Part shown: positions 1-11,905 of the stretch, in pieces
Layout of the letters: each line of letters opens with the position of its first letter
How positions within the stretch are numbered: position 1 is the first letter of the stretch
The notes under the pieces: generated by a model
What the model was told of the DNA's origin: nothing
The model's input: only the letters and a program-made list of their open reading frames with translations
Database searches by the model: none
Made by a program: the position numbers and the translations under genes
From: Macrostomum lignano
Lineage: Eukaryota
Reading direction: 5' to 3'
DNA length: 25,125 nucleotides
NCBI GenBank assembly: GCA_002269645.1
Contig: NIVC01005138.1
Location: 1 to 25,125 of the forward strand

Positions 1-1199
1 ATTATTTAGGCCCTAGACAAAGACTATTTTTGGAGCGTTCAGAGATTTTAAAGCTATTGGCCCTAATTGCCTATCGCCCGTCGGCGAGTCCTACCAGTCT
101 TTCTCCAATAGCCGCAGGTAACAGCACAAGAAAATAAAGAACACGAGGGAACACAAAACCGAAAGATTTAGAGAGTGATAATCCTATGTGATACAAACTG
201 ATTAATTGGCTAGACGATTTAATTTGAATACTTCAAGTTACAAGATTTTAAATTCAAGAGCGGCGCAAATAACTAGAGTTGACAAAACGACGATAACGGT
301 TAATAATAATAATTAGATTACGCAACTGGCAAGCAGATCTCAGCTGAGAAGAAGAGGAAGGAGGCACCGAACACAGGACCACGGAGAAAGACTCCTAACC
401 CCTGCCAAGCCAGAACCTACACTCAAACGAGAGCCCTGCCGAATCGACCGTTCAACCGAGTACCGACTAGTTCTATCGGCACTGCCCTTCAGTGTGACAC
501 TGAGGCCCTCGGATCGAGGCCGCGTACTTGATCAGATCCGACTGTCTCTATCTAACCGCGCTTAATAGCGACGACGCCAGACAAGGATGCCGAATCGTTA
601 CGCTATAAGACTGAAGCGTTCGGCGGGGGACAAAAACAGCGGACCGGGGGTGCGAAATCAAAACGTCTCAAAGCGGAAACCAAAGGGAAAACAGGCCACC
701 GGCCGGGAAGCTGGACAAGACAAAACCGGGGAAAGAGAAGGCGAGATCCGACCGCCAAAACACACTTTCATATATAGTCAAAGTCAAACCCTCACAACCC
801 CTCAAAACCCCCCTCAAGCCGGGTGGTGGTCGTCTGGCCGGCCGCTTGCTTAAGCCGAATTGCACTGTGCCCGCGGCGCCGGGTAGAACTGGAACTTGCC
901 GCGTGCCAGGGTCCAGGCCGGTTCTGATTGGCTGACTGCGCAAAGCTGGGGTTCGCAGACAAACTCAACCCTCCGCTGAGTCACAGTTGGCGTCTGACTT
1001 CTAACCTGTTTACGCAAAATTGATTCTAACTAACAAGGAAAAAGTACACCAAAAACGTATGACTAAACTAAAGCAAAATAACAATTCAATAACAATAATG
1101 CAAAACCTAACTAATAGAATACAAGGCTGTCGCAAAAGATGCTCACACTACAATACCGAAAGGAAACCTGTGTAAAAACCTGTAAATTCTAAAACCGCA
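1..1199 (-). mobile_element. LTR-like or retroelement leader sequence, running off the left edge
   Basis: The minus strand begins TG at 1199 (tgcggttttag). It is pyrimidine/T-rich, like the LTR-like repeats at 1942 and 3235, and has a CCAAT (about 930) followed by TATATGAAAG (about 770). There is no credible ORF. The other end, PBS and TSD are not visible. Confidence 0.3.
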
Positions 1200-1941
1200 T
1201 TTGATTTAGGAGAGCAATCCGAAATTGATGCTGTCATGGTCTTTATTTTAAACCTTTTTTCTGCCGGATCCTATCTGAAAAATGTTTTATTAGTAGCTAT
1301 AGTGACAAAACGGCTAAGAGGATAGATGTTAGCTAATGTACCTGTATTGTAAATATATTCTTTCTGGAGAAATTGCACGTATAACGTATATTTCTACATG
1401 TATATCTTAATTACCTTTCTACATATTAATATAGTACATCACCCTTAAAACTTCAGTTGTACTTATTTCATATACAAATACAGTAGCGTGTCGAAAAACT
1501 TTCCCAGGGCAGCAGTGACGCGACCAGAAGTTTGGAGAGAGCTGATCTTGGTGCAATGCATGTGATGGGCCATAATGCAGTGAAAATCCTGGAAATGTGG
1601 AAGCTAGGTAGGCCAGTTTGGCAAAAATTCTGTTGCTTCCTTAAAGTTCTTCTGGGTCTGTAAAATGTGAAAGGCTTTGCAGACAACTTCGGGGCAGTAA
1701 TATTGAACAACTAATACTGCATCTATTTGATAATAACAATTCAATTTACATTTCGTCTATCGCAGTCACCTTCGCCTTCTTAATCAGCTTGCTTTACTCG
1801 CCATGAGACAATTATGGTTTAATATAGCTTTCAATCCCCCCATAAGATTTAAATCTAAATAATACACATAAGCTCTTCTTTGTAACCAATATTTTTTGTT
1901 TAAAATTAACTAAAGGTTCATAGAAAACAGTGCTAATATTT

Positions 1942-2936
1942 TGAGGCGGCCCGGCGGAGAAAAGAAAATGGGATTTAAAAATTTAGTTAGTTGGTCGGTC
2001 GTTGCGTTCGCACGAATAAATCCGGAAAATCGCGCAGACGAATCGCAACGTTATTTTCTCCTGTTTTACTCCGGCTGCAGGGATCCTCAAATTCCGGGGG
2101 GAGGGTATAGTCGTAATCGTAGCTGAGCGGTGGTTTAGCGGCACGGTCGAATTCAAATGGTAGATACCGAAGATTCTGACACCGTAAATTAATGCGTCGA
2201 TTTGTTGAGCTGATTACTATCAGTAGGGTAGAGCTGCCACCACCGTAATTCTCGTATTATACGGAACGAATAAGTCTCAGAGCTTTCTTTGAGATGAGAA
2301 CTTTGAGTTGTTTTACGTCCCACGGACAAATAACTCAAAATAGGCTATGGCTTAAAGATTTACGTAAATATTGGAGACAAAGATGTATTAATGGTTTATT
2401 AACTGTTTGGCGGTTAAAGCTGAATAAAGTGTAGCAGGTCAGGTTAACTAGGAAATAATATTGTGTTACTAAATGTACGACTGAGACTGACTTTGCGGGC
2501 GCCGAGGAGCTAAACTACAATAACAAAATTAAGGCTTACAATTTAAAAGCTTCGCAGTCGGAATAAATAAGCTTAGTCGAGCAAGATAATGAGAGTAGGC
2601 TAGCTAAGTAAGCAAAATGAAACGCAAAGCGCAAACGATTGAGGGAGAAGAGACGAGGGTTTTAAACACGCAAAAGTGGGAGATTAGATAGTGCAGAGCA
2701 GCCAGCGATCCAACAGGTGGGGGCAGACGCTGGACATTGTGGTGGGCACGAATGAACACAGTGTGGGCGAAAGGGCAAAAATTCTGGGGAAACAACGAAA
2801 ATTAACAAAAGATCCTTAGAGGGGACGTTAGTGGGTCAGAACATGGAAAACAGAGAAAGTCGCACTTGGACAGGCAAAGATGTTCCACGCTGGGGATAAA
2901 CTGACGTCAGGCGGTCAGAGCACGGACGACTTGTCA
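1942..2936. mobile_element. LTR-like dispersed repeat, copy A (about 995 bp, solo-LTR candidate)
   Basis: Starts TGAGG and ends CTTGTCA. The core at 2000-2353 aligns closely with 3346-3692. The distal half aligns weakly with 5935-6496 (ggtgggggcagacgctggacattgtggtgggcac vs ggtgggagcaactgctggatgcaacagtgggcac). No TSD seen. Confidence 0.55.
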
Positions 2937-3720
2937 TGCAAAAATTAATTCAGCTAAAATTAATTAAGTCACAAATTTCAAGTGGCAACTCGCCTGCACA
3001 GTTTCGAAAGCAAACAGTGCTCAGGTTTTTTAATTTATTATTGTGGATTTGGTAATATAATTTTGCCGCTCTAATAAAAACTTATTGTGCGACGTTTTTT
3101 CAGTATGCCTAAGGATGCACGCAAATTCAGCGACAAACAAATTCAGCGACAGAGATTCACAATGGACTAATTCGGCGAAAGCGAATTCGGCGACACGTCT
3201 TTTTATAGCTAGCCTAAAGACAAGTTAAAGCAAATGAGGTGGGGGCGAAGAAAGAAAATTAAACTTGGGGTTTGACTTGAAATCGGTCGGTTGCTGACAC
3301 CATGAATGAGGTGGGAGCGGATTCCACGTTTGAATTCCTGCCGGCGTTGCGTTCGCACGAATAAATCCGGAGATGTCGCGCAGACGAATCACAACGAAAT
3401 TCTTTCTCCTGTTTTACTCCGACTGCCGGGATCCTCGAATTCCGGGGGGAGGGTAGTCGTACCGTAGCGGAGCGGTCGTGTAGCGGCGCGGTCGTTCAAA
3501 TGGTAGACACCGAGATTTTGACACCGTAGATTAATGCGTCGATTTGCTGAGCTTGTTACTTTCAGTAAGGGTAGAGCTGCCACCACCGTAATTTATGTAT
3601 CACGGAACGAATAAGTCTCAGAACTTTCTTTAATTGAGAACTTTGATTGTTTTACGCCCCGTGGGCAAATAACTCAAGATATGCTATGGCTTGTGGATCA
3701 ACGAATAAATAGGATGTAGC

Positions 3721-3794
3721 TTTTATTTATTATTTATTATTATTATTATTATTTAATATTATTATTTTTATTTTTATTATTTTTATTATTTATT
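3721..3794 (+). repeat. Imperfect (TTA)n microsatellite
   Basis: Read directly. It is absent from the equivalent position of copy A and lies next to the LINE target site. Confidence 0.9.
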
Positions 3795-3835
3795 GTCAGT
3801 TATTAATTATTAGCAGGCACGGGGTTGTAACGGCA

Positions 3836-4675
<840 letters not shown>

Positions 4676-5349
4676 GTTGGAGGGTTGGGGGATTGACGGA
4701 CCCCCGGCCGCGGGAATTGTCCTGGCTGGAATGGAGAAAACTGAAATGTAGAAAAAGGGGGGTAACCGCTCGGGGACTGGATATACCCCCAGCCAGCTCC
4801 GTGGAGCTACCCTCTGTCACGGTAAACAGCAGAGAAGCTTTGGGTTACCGTCTTATCCCAGGATTGCTCCCAGGCGAGGCTCCGGCAGGCCCCCAGTCCA
4901 CACTCTGCAAGATCAGGGGCGGGAGGCCGGCTGCGGGTTGGAACACAGGCGCCAGGTCGGGTTGACAGCCGACGACCGAGCCCTCCCCCACAGGAGCGGC
5001 CCTCGAGAACCCGTGTGGTACCAGTTGCAACTATGGGCTGTCGATGGGTAGTTGGCGCTTAGCCAGCAGCCAACTACTTAGCAGCCACCTGCCCTGCAAA
5101 AAGGCAGCAGGGGGGAAACCGTCCTCCACCAGCAGACCAAGACGAGGAAGCTGGCCGCTTCCACGCCAGGCCAGAGCGAAAAAGGAGGGGGAAAAGCCTC
5201 CTCGAAAAGCGAAAAGCTGGCGGATGTCACAGAGTCCCTCGGTTTAAGTTGCTATTTGCCGCTGAGGGTGAACCTTGCCGGCCAGCCCAATGATGACACT
5301 GCCACCAGCAACCAAATAAATAACCCGCCGCCGGCGAACCAACCAGTTA

Positions 5350-5770
<421 letters not shown>

Positions 5771-7529
5771 TGCCTCCACTGTGAACCTGCCGACTACTGG
5801 CGGGGACTGGGTGCACCCCCAAGGTTAATCCTTGTGCTCTTTTACCTTGGGGTTGCGATAGGGGCCTCGCGGCCTATTCGCGGCGCCTGCGCCCCCGTCA
5901 GTAGTAAGTAGTAGTAATTAATTATTAGCAGGCAGGTTAAAATAGTTAGTTAGTCGATCGAGATAAATTTGCGCGGCACCGGGGTGCTAAATCATAAAAG
6001 AAGTTCACTAATTGATAAACTTATTAAGCTTGGTTATCAGGCGAAGCAAGATAGATAGCGAGAGCAAACAAAATAAATGTGTGCGAGAATCAGCAAGTTA
6101 AACGGAGCAGAGGATAAAAGAAAGGGCAAGGAAGGTAACAGAATTAGCTCATGAAAACAGGGGATTAAATAGGGGCAGCGAGCAATTCCGCGGGTGGGAG
6201 CAACTGCTGGATGCAACAGTGGGCACCTATGGGCATAGCATGGACAAAAGAAAAACCGGGAGCATAAGTGCAACTTAACAAAGTTCTGCAAAAAGGATAA
6301 TAACAGCCAATTCGCATGGAGCACGTGGTGGAACAATGCCTGGACAAGCAGAAGCAAACCACACTAGGGATCGCTGCTGGCGGCGGCGGCGCTGCTCAGC
6401 GAGGTGCCCACTCGCTGAGCCAGGCTAGCTGTGTTTTGTTAAATTGGACATCCCGCGTCTTGAGAAATGTGAGTGGTGAATGAGGGCCACTTGACATATT
6501 TTTATTTTGTTATTTTTATTTGCATAGCATATTTTTGCGAATTCCTTCCCCGACATTGTAAACAATGGAAAGACCTAATTAGGCATAGGAGAAAACATTT
6601 TTCTCGTTTTTTCCAAGTCCCAAAGGTTTTTGCTTACGAGGTCGCTCAGCCTGAAATTAACGAACATTTCTTGGAAAGGACTTAAAACTGAATAAGAATA
6701 AATGATAGATAAAACAAACTCAGTTAAAAATGGAGAGCTAATCTGCATTATAGAATACGATTCTACAAAAGGAATTATTCAAATCATACGCAATTGTTTT
6801 TGCTTCATTAATTCTCGGCGAATTTGCCTAGATTGTCGCCGAATTTGCTTTCGCCGAATTAGGCCTAGTCGATTATGAATCTCTGTCGCCGAATTTGTTT
6901 GTCGCCGAACTGGTCAGCACCCATGCCTAAAACACACTGCTAGTTTAACAATGTGTGGGTTTCAGCAAAAAAAGATATTCAGAGTTCAGACAGACACTTA
7001 AATTAAAAACAAATTAAAATATATTAGATAAGAATATTAGATCTTAATTTTGAAAAGTTTATATTGACAATCTTTTTAAAAATATTCTATTGAAGAACTA
7101 CTGAATAGGCCTATTTTAACATTGAAAATTGACTATTGAAATTCCATTGAAAATCGATTAGTAAACTAGGCCTATTCTACAAATTACCATATCTAATTAT
7201 AATAATAATTGGTTTGTGTAAGGCCTACTCAGATCTTAAGGATTAATAAAGGCAAGCCAATGGTTAATAATCAATATCCAATGATACAATTAAGAAGGCA
7301 AGGGGCTGCCAAGTAGGGGGAACCTAGAAAAAATCAAAGGGGAGACCAAGCCAATTTTAGTCAAAATATAGAACTATACTCTTTTTGCCCTCCTTGGGCC
7401 TTTACCAGTGGTATAACTAGGATTTTGAAATGGGAGTATAATTGAAAAAGTCAGTCACAATCTCATGAAATAGTTTGTTTTGTAGGGCCTATTTTTGTGT
7501 TACTATACATTGACTTACTTGACTTAGTT

Positions 7530-8760
7530 GCAGGGGGTGTCTGGTAGATGCAGCAAGGTGGAGGGGACTGCCCATTCCACTAACCCCTGGCAACTAGACT
7601 TCCATCGAAGTGATATTGCTCGGGGGGCCCATCGGTCTTGCCTACAGCTCAGTCCTCCTCACTGGCAGTGGGGAAGAACTTAGCTTGTCCTATGTCAATG
7701 TCCCTAAGGTACTAGGCAAGCAGCAGGATGCTGTTGGGCCTACAAATGTTTAAAAGAACCAGGTTTGGCCCAAGGTGAATAAGTCTAGCCCTAGTAAAAA
7801 CTAGGCAGTGGCAGATAAAATGCTTGGTGTTTTCACTGCCTGAGTGGCAAAAGGGGCATCACTCCTTGGGTACTTAGCCCTGAAGGAAGTGGTGGCAAGC
7901 AAAGCAATCATACCCAGAGAGGGCCATGTTGACTGCTCTGAGGTCTCTGTGGTTAAGCCTGAGGAAGGCTCTATATAGGAAAGGAGAAAGGCAAGGGATA
8001 GCAGCATGGGATTGCCTGCAATTTCGGGTGTTGTGCCACCTGTAGGGATGCTCGGAATCAGTCTAGTGCTTGATGCAGGAATTGATCACCAAGGCAGGAA
8101 TAGGGGCCCCCAGGCCCAGCCCTAGCAGCGCGCCAGTAAAGCCAGCCTTAGCTAGCAAGTCAGTGTGCTTGTTGCTAAGGAAACCAGCGTGGCCCAGGAT
8201 CCATCTGAGCTCTATCTAGTTACCTAGCATAAGCCCATTGAGCTGGGTATTGCAGTCCAAGATGGACTTAGAGCTGGTAGTGCTGCAGCAGAGGGCCTAA
8301 AGGGCTACTTGGCTGTCAAAGTGAAAAATAAATTTCCAACCACTAAGCTGCCTTCAGCTTAGCTTTGCCACGTAGGAGCTGATGGCAAGCACCTTGCTTT
8401 GATAAACACTGGAGTTGAGCCCAGTGTGCTAGGAGTAGCTCCACACATGCTTGGGCGCAACCTTGTGATTCACCCGGCCATTTCTAATTGGCAACACACA
8501 CATGTAAGTTGCTATTGGACGGAATAATAGTCACGTGACTGCTCTTGGCCAATAGTGACTTACATGTGTGAGTTGCCAATAGAAATAGCCGAGTGAATCC
8601 CAAGGTTGCGCATGTATGGCTCCACACCACTTCTCCCTTGGAGAAGACACAAGCTCCAAAGCCTAAAAGACCATGCCTCATAAAGCCATCAGTGTAACAG
8701 TGGACTTCAGAATTGCTCTAGCTGTCACTCGCCTTATGTTGAGGCTGAATAGTGACCTTA
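7530..8760 (-). mobile_element. Old, degenerate LINE 3' fragment (RNase H plus CCHC; I/LOA group)
   Basis: Minus-strand translation gives CYTDG..GFG, SVYQSKVLAI, FDSQVAL*AL, LRWILGHAGFLSNKHTDLLAKAG and ENTKHFICHCLVFTRARLIHLG. It has stops and heavy CpG loss, with an aagt-like tail near 7510-7530. Confidence 0.85.
8447..8618. mobile_element. Palindromic MITE-like insertion (about 170 bp) inside the LINE RNase H domain
   Basis: About 65-bp inverted arms (8456-8518 vs 8549-8611). Flanking direct repeat GCTCCACAC at 8438-8446 and 8619-8627; removing the insert rejoins the RNase H reading (..GEVVWS|YS..). The true TSD could be shorter (GCTC). Confidence 0.8.
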
Positions 8761-9562
8761 TACCTTTGGCTTAGGAGAAGGATAGATGGGATTGAGTCTT
8801 TACCTTCTAGTTTTTACCTGGAAGAAGTTTTTACCTTCCAGAATCTACTTTTCTCAACAAATTTCTAGTTGTGCTATTGATATCATGATTCTAAAGCTAT
8901 CTAGCTATGTATTTATACTTGGTATCTATTAATGATCACACATATACCAAGGAAAACATGACAATAAATCAAGTATAGTACCACCATAGGTCCATAGCTA
9001 TATAGTCAATAATGAGAATCATGATATATTTCTTAGTATTATGTAAAAATTTAAATGAAGAAGAAGAAGAATCACTGTGCCATTTGGCATCCTAGACTAC
9101 ATCTAAAATCAATTGGATAACCAATCAATGATACTTTAAATAAAGTATGGAAATATGGAAAATAGCAGTGCCAATTTGGCATCCAGTAATTAAATTTAGG
9201 ATGCCAAAATTATAGTTGATGTCTCATTATTAACAGTATAAGGCAAATACACAAAGCATAGTCTATCTGAATATTTAGGCATGGAGGTTTTGAAAAGATC
9301 CTAGGATTTTTTGTCTTTATTGTCTAAGACCTACTAGGCCTTATTGCCATTGAATTTAATGTCAAGTGGTATAAATAGAAATAAAATTTTAATAAATAAA
9401 TTACTGCATCTCATTTGTGCTTACATGGTGTTACTTAATGCTCTAACTAAACAACCTGAATTTGATTGTTTCATGAAACCAATGGAATAATCAATCAACT
9501 AATCCCTAATTTGTACGCCTTGAATAGTATTATTATTATTCAGTACAATTTCATGCATCAAA

Positions 9563-10342
9563 ATGCGACCCCGGTTTAAGCTTATATTAAGCATAGTGCT
9601 ACTATTAGTAGTATACCAACTGGCTGGCCACCTGCTGCCTTCAATTTATACGTCGCATTATCACCTGACGGAAAATATTGATGCAAGCGTTAACGAAGCG
9701 TCTGTCGATGCTTTTGGAACCGTAGTTGCCAAGTCTTCGTTGGATGATGACGATTGGACTCACGCCAGCGATGCGTTGCTACCGGCTGCAGCTTCTCAAT
9801 CTTCATCTAGGCTATTGTCACCGATATCCTTGCCCAGGTTTCGATTGTCTCAATCGTCTTCAAAGCCTGTGACATCTTCATCATTGGCGCCTTCTCTGCC
9901 TCCCCTGCTGGCCGCGTACACTCCGCCGGAGCAGCCGGGTTCCGTTGTCATAGCAACCGCTGTACAGTCTGGCGAACAGTCAGCCGCTATAGATTTGATT
10001 AGATCGGTACGCGACAGATTTAATGCCAGCCTGCCTCTGGTGCTGTGGGATCTGGGATTGACAACAGCCGATTTGATGGAATTGTCCTCCGGCGCAAAGG
10101 ACGGCCTGGCCTGTCCCAGCCGGTGGTGCAGGCTGCGCCGGTTTCGATTCGATCTGTACCCGGAGCACGTCAGCAGCCGGCTAGACACGCGGGCTTACAA
10201 GCCCTTCGCTATCGGCGCCCTGCTGCGACGCTTTGGCGTTGTTGTTTGGACCGATTTAGGCGGCCCGTGGCCTGCCGGCTTCTCAGTCGGAATGTCGGGT
10301 CTCAGGCCTGTGCTGGAGGATGCGAGAGCCGCTGGACTGCAG
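9563..10342 (+). CDS. DUF1647-family type II membrane protein, coding exon 1 (260 codons)
   Basis: ATG, N-terminal hydrophobic anchor and Ser-rich stem, then VIATAV..WDLGL..FRFDLYPEHV..RAYKP..VVWTD, matching my recollection of the DUF1647 pattern. Phase-0 donor CAG|GTGGGT at 10342/10343. Confidence 0.8.
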
Positions 10343-10391
10343 GTGGGTGTCGTGGCGCAAGAGTCTGACATTTTTACCCGCTGCGCTGCTC

Positions 10392-10812
10392 GGGTCTATG
10401 AGAATTTCCCGCAGGAGGTTTTCCCACCGAGGTTTGCCCGACGAGCTTTTCCCGCAGCGAGGTTTTCCCGCAGGGGTGTCCAGTCGGAATTTCAAGTCTA
10501 ATCCAATCGGATTTTAAATCGCTAGTCTAGTCTAGTTCTAATCTAGTCTAGTCTATTTTTTTACTAGTCTAGTTCCAATCTAGTCTAGTCTAGTTTTAAT
10601 CTAGTCTATTTTATTCTAGTCTAGTTTTAATCTAGTCTATTTTATTCTAGTCTAGTTCTAATCTATTGTATTCTAGTCTAGTCTAATCTATTTAAAAATA
10701 GTCTAAAGATTGGATTTGACTTGAAATTCCGACTGGAAACCCCTCCTGTAAGAAAAGCTCGCGCCTGTAAACCTCAAGCGGAAAACTTCCTGCGGGAAAT
10801 TCTCGTGCTCCC
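10392..10812. mobile_element. Intronic Mutator-like MITE (421 bp) with a CTAGT-repeat core
   Basis: GGG..CCC termini with about 115-bp imperfect TIRs (gagaatttcccgcagga..; ccagtcggaatttcaagtc.aatccaatc). 9-bp TSD GCGCTGCTC (10383-10391) vs GCACTGCTC (10813-10821), differing by one CpG>CpA change. Confidence 0.85.
10520..10692. repeat. Degenerate (CTAGT)n / ttctagtcta simple repeat
   Basis: Read directly, between the MITE arms. Confidence 0.85.
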
Positions 10813-10926
10813 GCACTGCTCTGCCCCTTTCCAACGTGACCGAAGTGAAACTATAAATTATTTTGCCGTATTACAAGAAGATATTAATGAAACCTTTCAT
10901 TCACTCCCTCCCTCCCTCCCTTCCAG

Positions 10927-11403
10927 GCCTGGTCGTTTCCACCGCCAACTACGGCGTTCACGCATCCGCAGACCTTCGAGCTGCTCAACGCTAGTCTGCA
11001 CGACTATCGCCTGCACCGGATGGTGTCTGCCGCTCATCTTGTCCTCGCCGCCTCGCCGTTCGTCCACCGGCGCCTCCTGTTGCCCTGGTCCCGGTGCGCC
11101 CTCCGACCAGCGTGCTGGCTGCCCGCTGGGTCGGGCCGGCCCTTCGTAGTGCTCGGCAGCGGTTGCCGATTCGGTGACATCCGGCCGTACTTTCGTTACA
11201 GCGGCTGCCACCTGTACGACACGTCGGCGCTGAACGTAGTGCTAGGCAGGGCCTACGATTTCAACGTGTCGGCCTATTCGTGCGATAGAAAGGTGTTTGG
11301 CTACGGGCTGAACGATACGGATTTGGCTAATCACTTCAGCATACCGGGCGTCGACTTTGATCAACTAGAACGGAGCGCCCTGCCTAACGAATATGTTAGA
11401 TAG
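10927..11403 (+). CDS. DUF1647-family protein, coding exon 2 (terminal); joined product 418 aa
   Basis: Polypyrimidine tract and TTCCAG acceptor at 10926, in frame with exon 1. AFTHPQTF..PWSRCALRPAC..GCHLYDTSALNVVL resembles the PW..CAL..C / CHRYDQSA motifs of the family. TAG stop. Confidence 0.8.
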   Translation, partial: AWSFPPPTTAFTHPQTFELLNASLHDYRLHRMVSAAHLVLAASPFVHRRLLLPWSRCALRPACWLPAGSGRPFVVLGSGCRFGDIRPYFRYSGCHLYDTSALNVVLGRAYDFNVSAYSCDRKVFGYGLNDTDLANHFSIPGVDFDQLERSALPNEYVR

Positions 11404-11526
11404 CAACAGATTCTTATAGCCTGTAGTTCAATTGTTTGCTGCGGATCTCAGACACGCTTTGCCTGTTCATTGTGCTAGCTAGTTCATTCACTCACAAGCT
11501 TTGTGGTTTGCCTAGAATTTTTTTAG

Positions 11527-11905
11527 TTATTCATAAACTGAAACATTCGTCTGATTGACATCCGGGCATCCGGATAGCCCTGGCAACCACGGGCGGCTGG
11601 CCTCCGGAGAGTCCAGGTGGGTGGTCGCTCGCCCGTTAGACCTTAACGGACGAGCTGGCAGAGATTCTCGGGCCTGAAAACGTCTGGAGAGGTCCGGGTT
11701 AGGGCCGAGGTAGGTGAACCTGTCCTGAGTAAAGACGGCGGGGCAGTCACAGATGAAATTCTCCGCAATCTCGACACCGGAGAGGCAGAAGGAGCATTCC
11801 TCGCTACGGGTTTTTTCCTGGAGATAGCGATGCCTAGCGAAACAGCCATGATCACCCGTCCTGATGTTCCTGCGGTTGAGTCCAAGCAGGGCCCTGTGGT
11901 TCATT
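11527..11905 (-). mobile_element. 5'-truncated LINE 3' fragment (CCHC region; I/LOA group), CpG-rich
   Basis: GDHGCFARHRY..CSFCLSGVEIAENFICDCPAVFTQDRFTYLGP is homologous to the C-termini at 5520-5680 and 7750-7900. No TSD identified. Confidence 0.8.

Noticed and set aside
985-1005. tRNA primer-binding-site-like TGGCGTCTGAC (also TGGTGTCAGA at 12201 and GGTGTCAGAA at 16382)
   Set aside because: The matches are too short, do not extend to a tRNA 3' end I recognise and have no LTR in the proper orientation. No tRNA cloverleaf was seen.
3113-3195. CRISPR-like array of short repeats with spacers (also 6810-6910)
   Set aside because: Only 8-12-nt motifs with very short spacers, mirrored at the two ends of a TSD-flanked element in eukaryotic DNA. 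These are subterminal transposase-binding repeats.
5040-5250. HDV-like ribozyme in the LINE 5' UTR (minus-strand TCCTCGT and GCTAAG motifs, nearby 9-bp hairpin)
   Set aside because: I could not build a canonical P3 around TCCTCGT or find a P1 partner for the downstream strand. An RNArobo or Infernal HDV search would settle it.
10343-10501. C-terminal extension of the 312-aa ORF
   Set aside because: It reads through the donor into intron and MITE sequence; family homology resumes at 10927.
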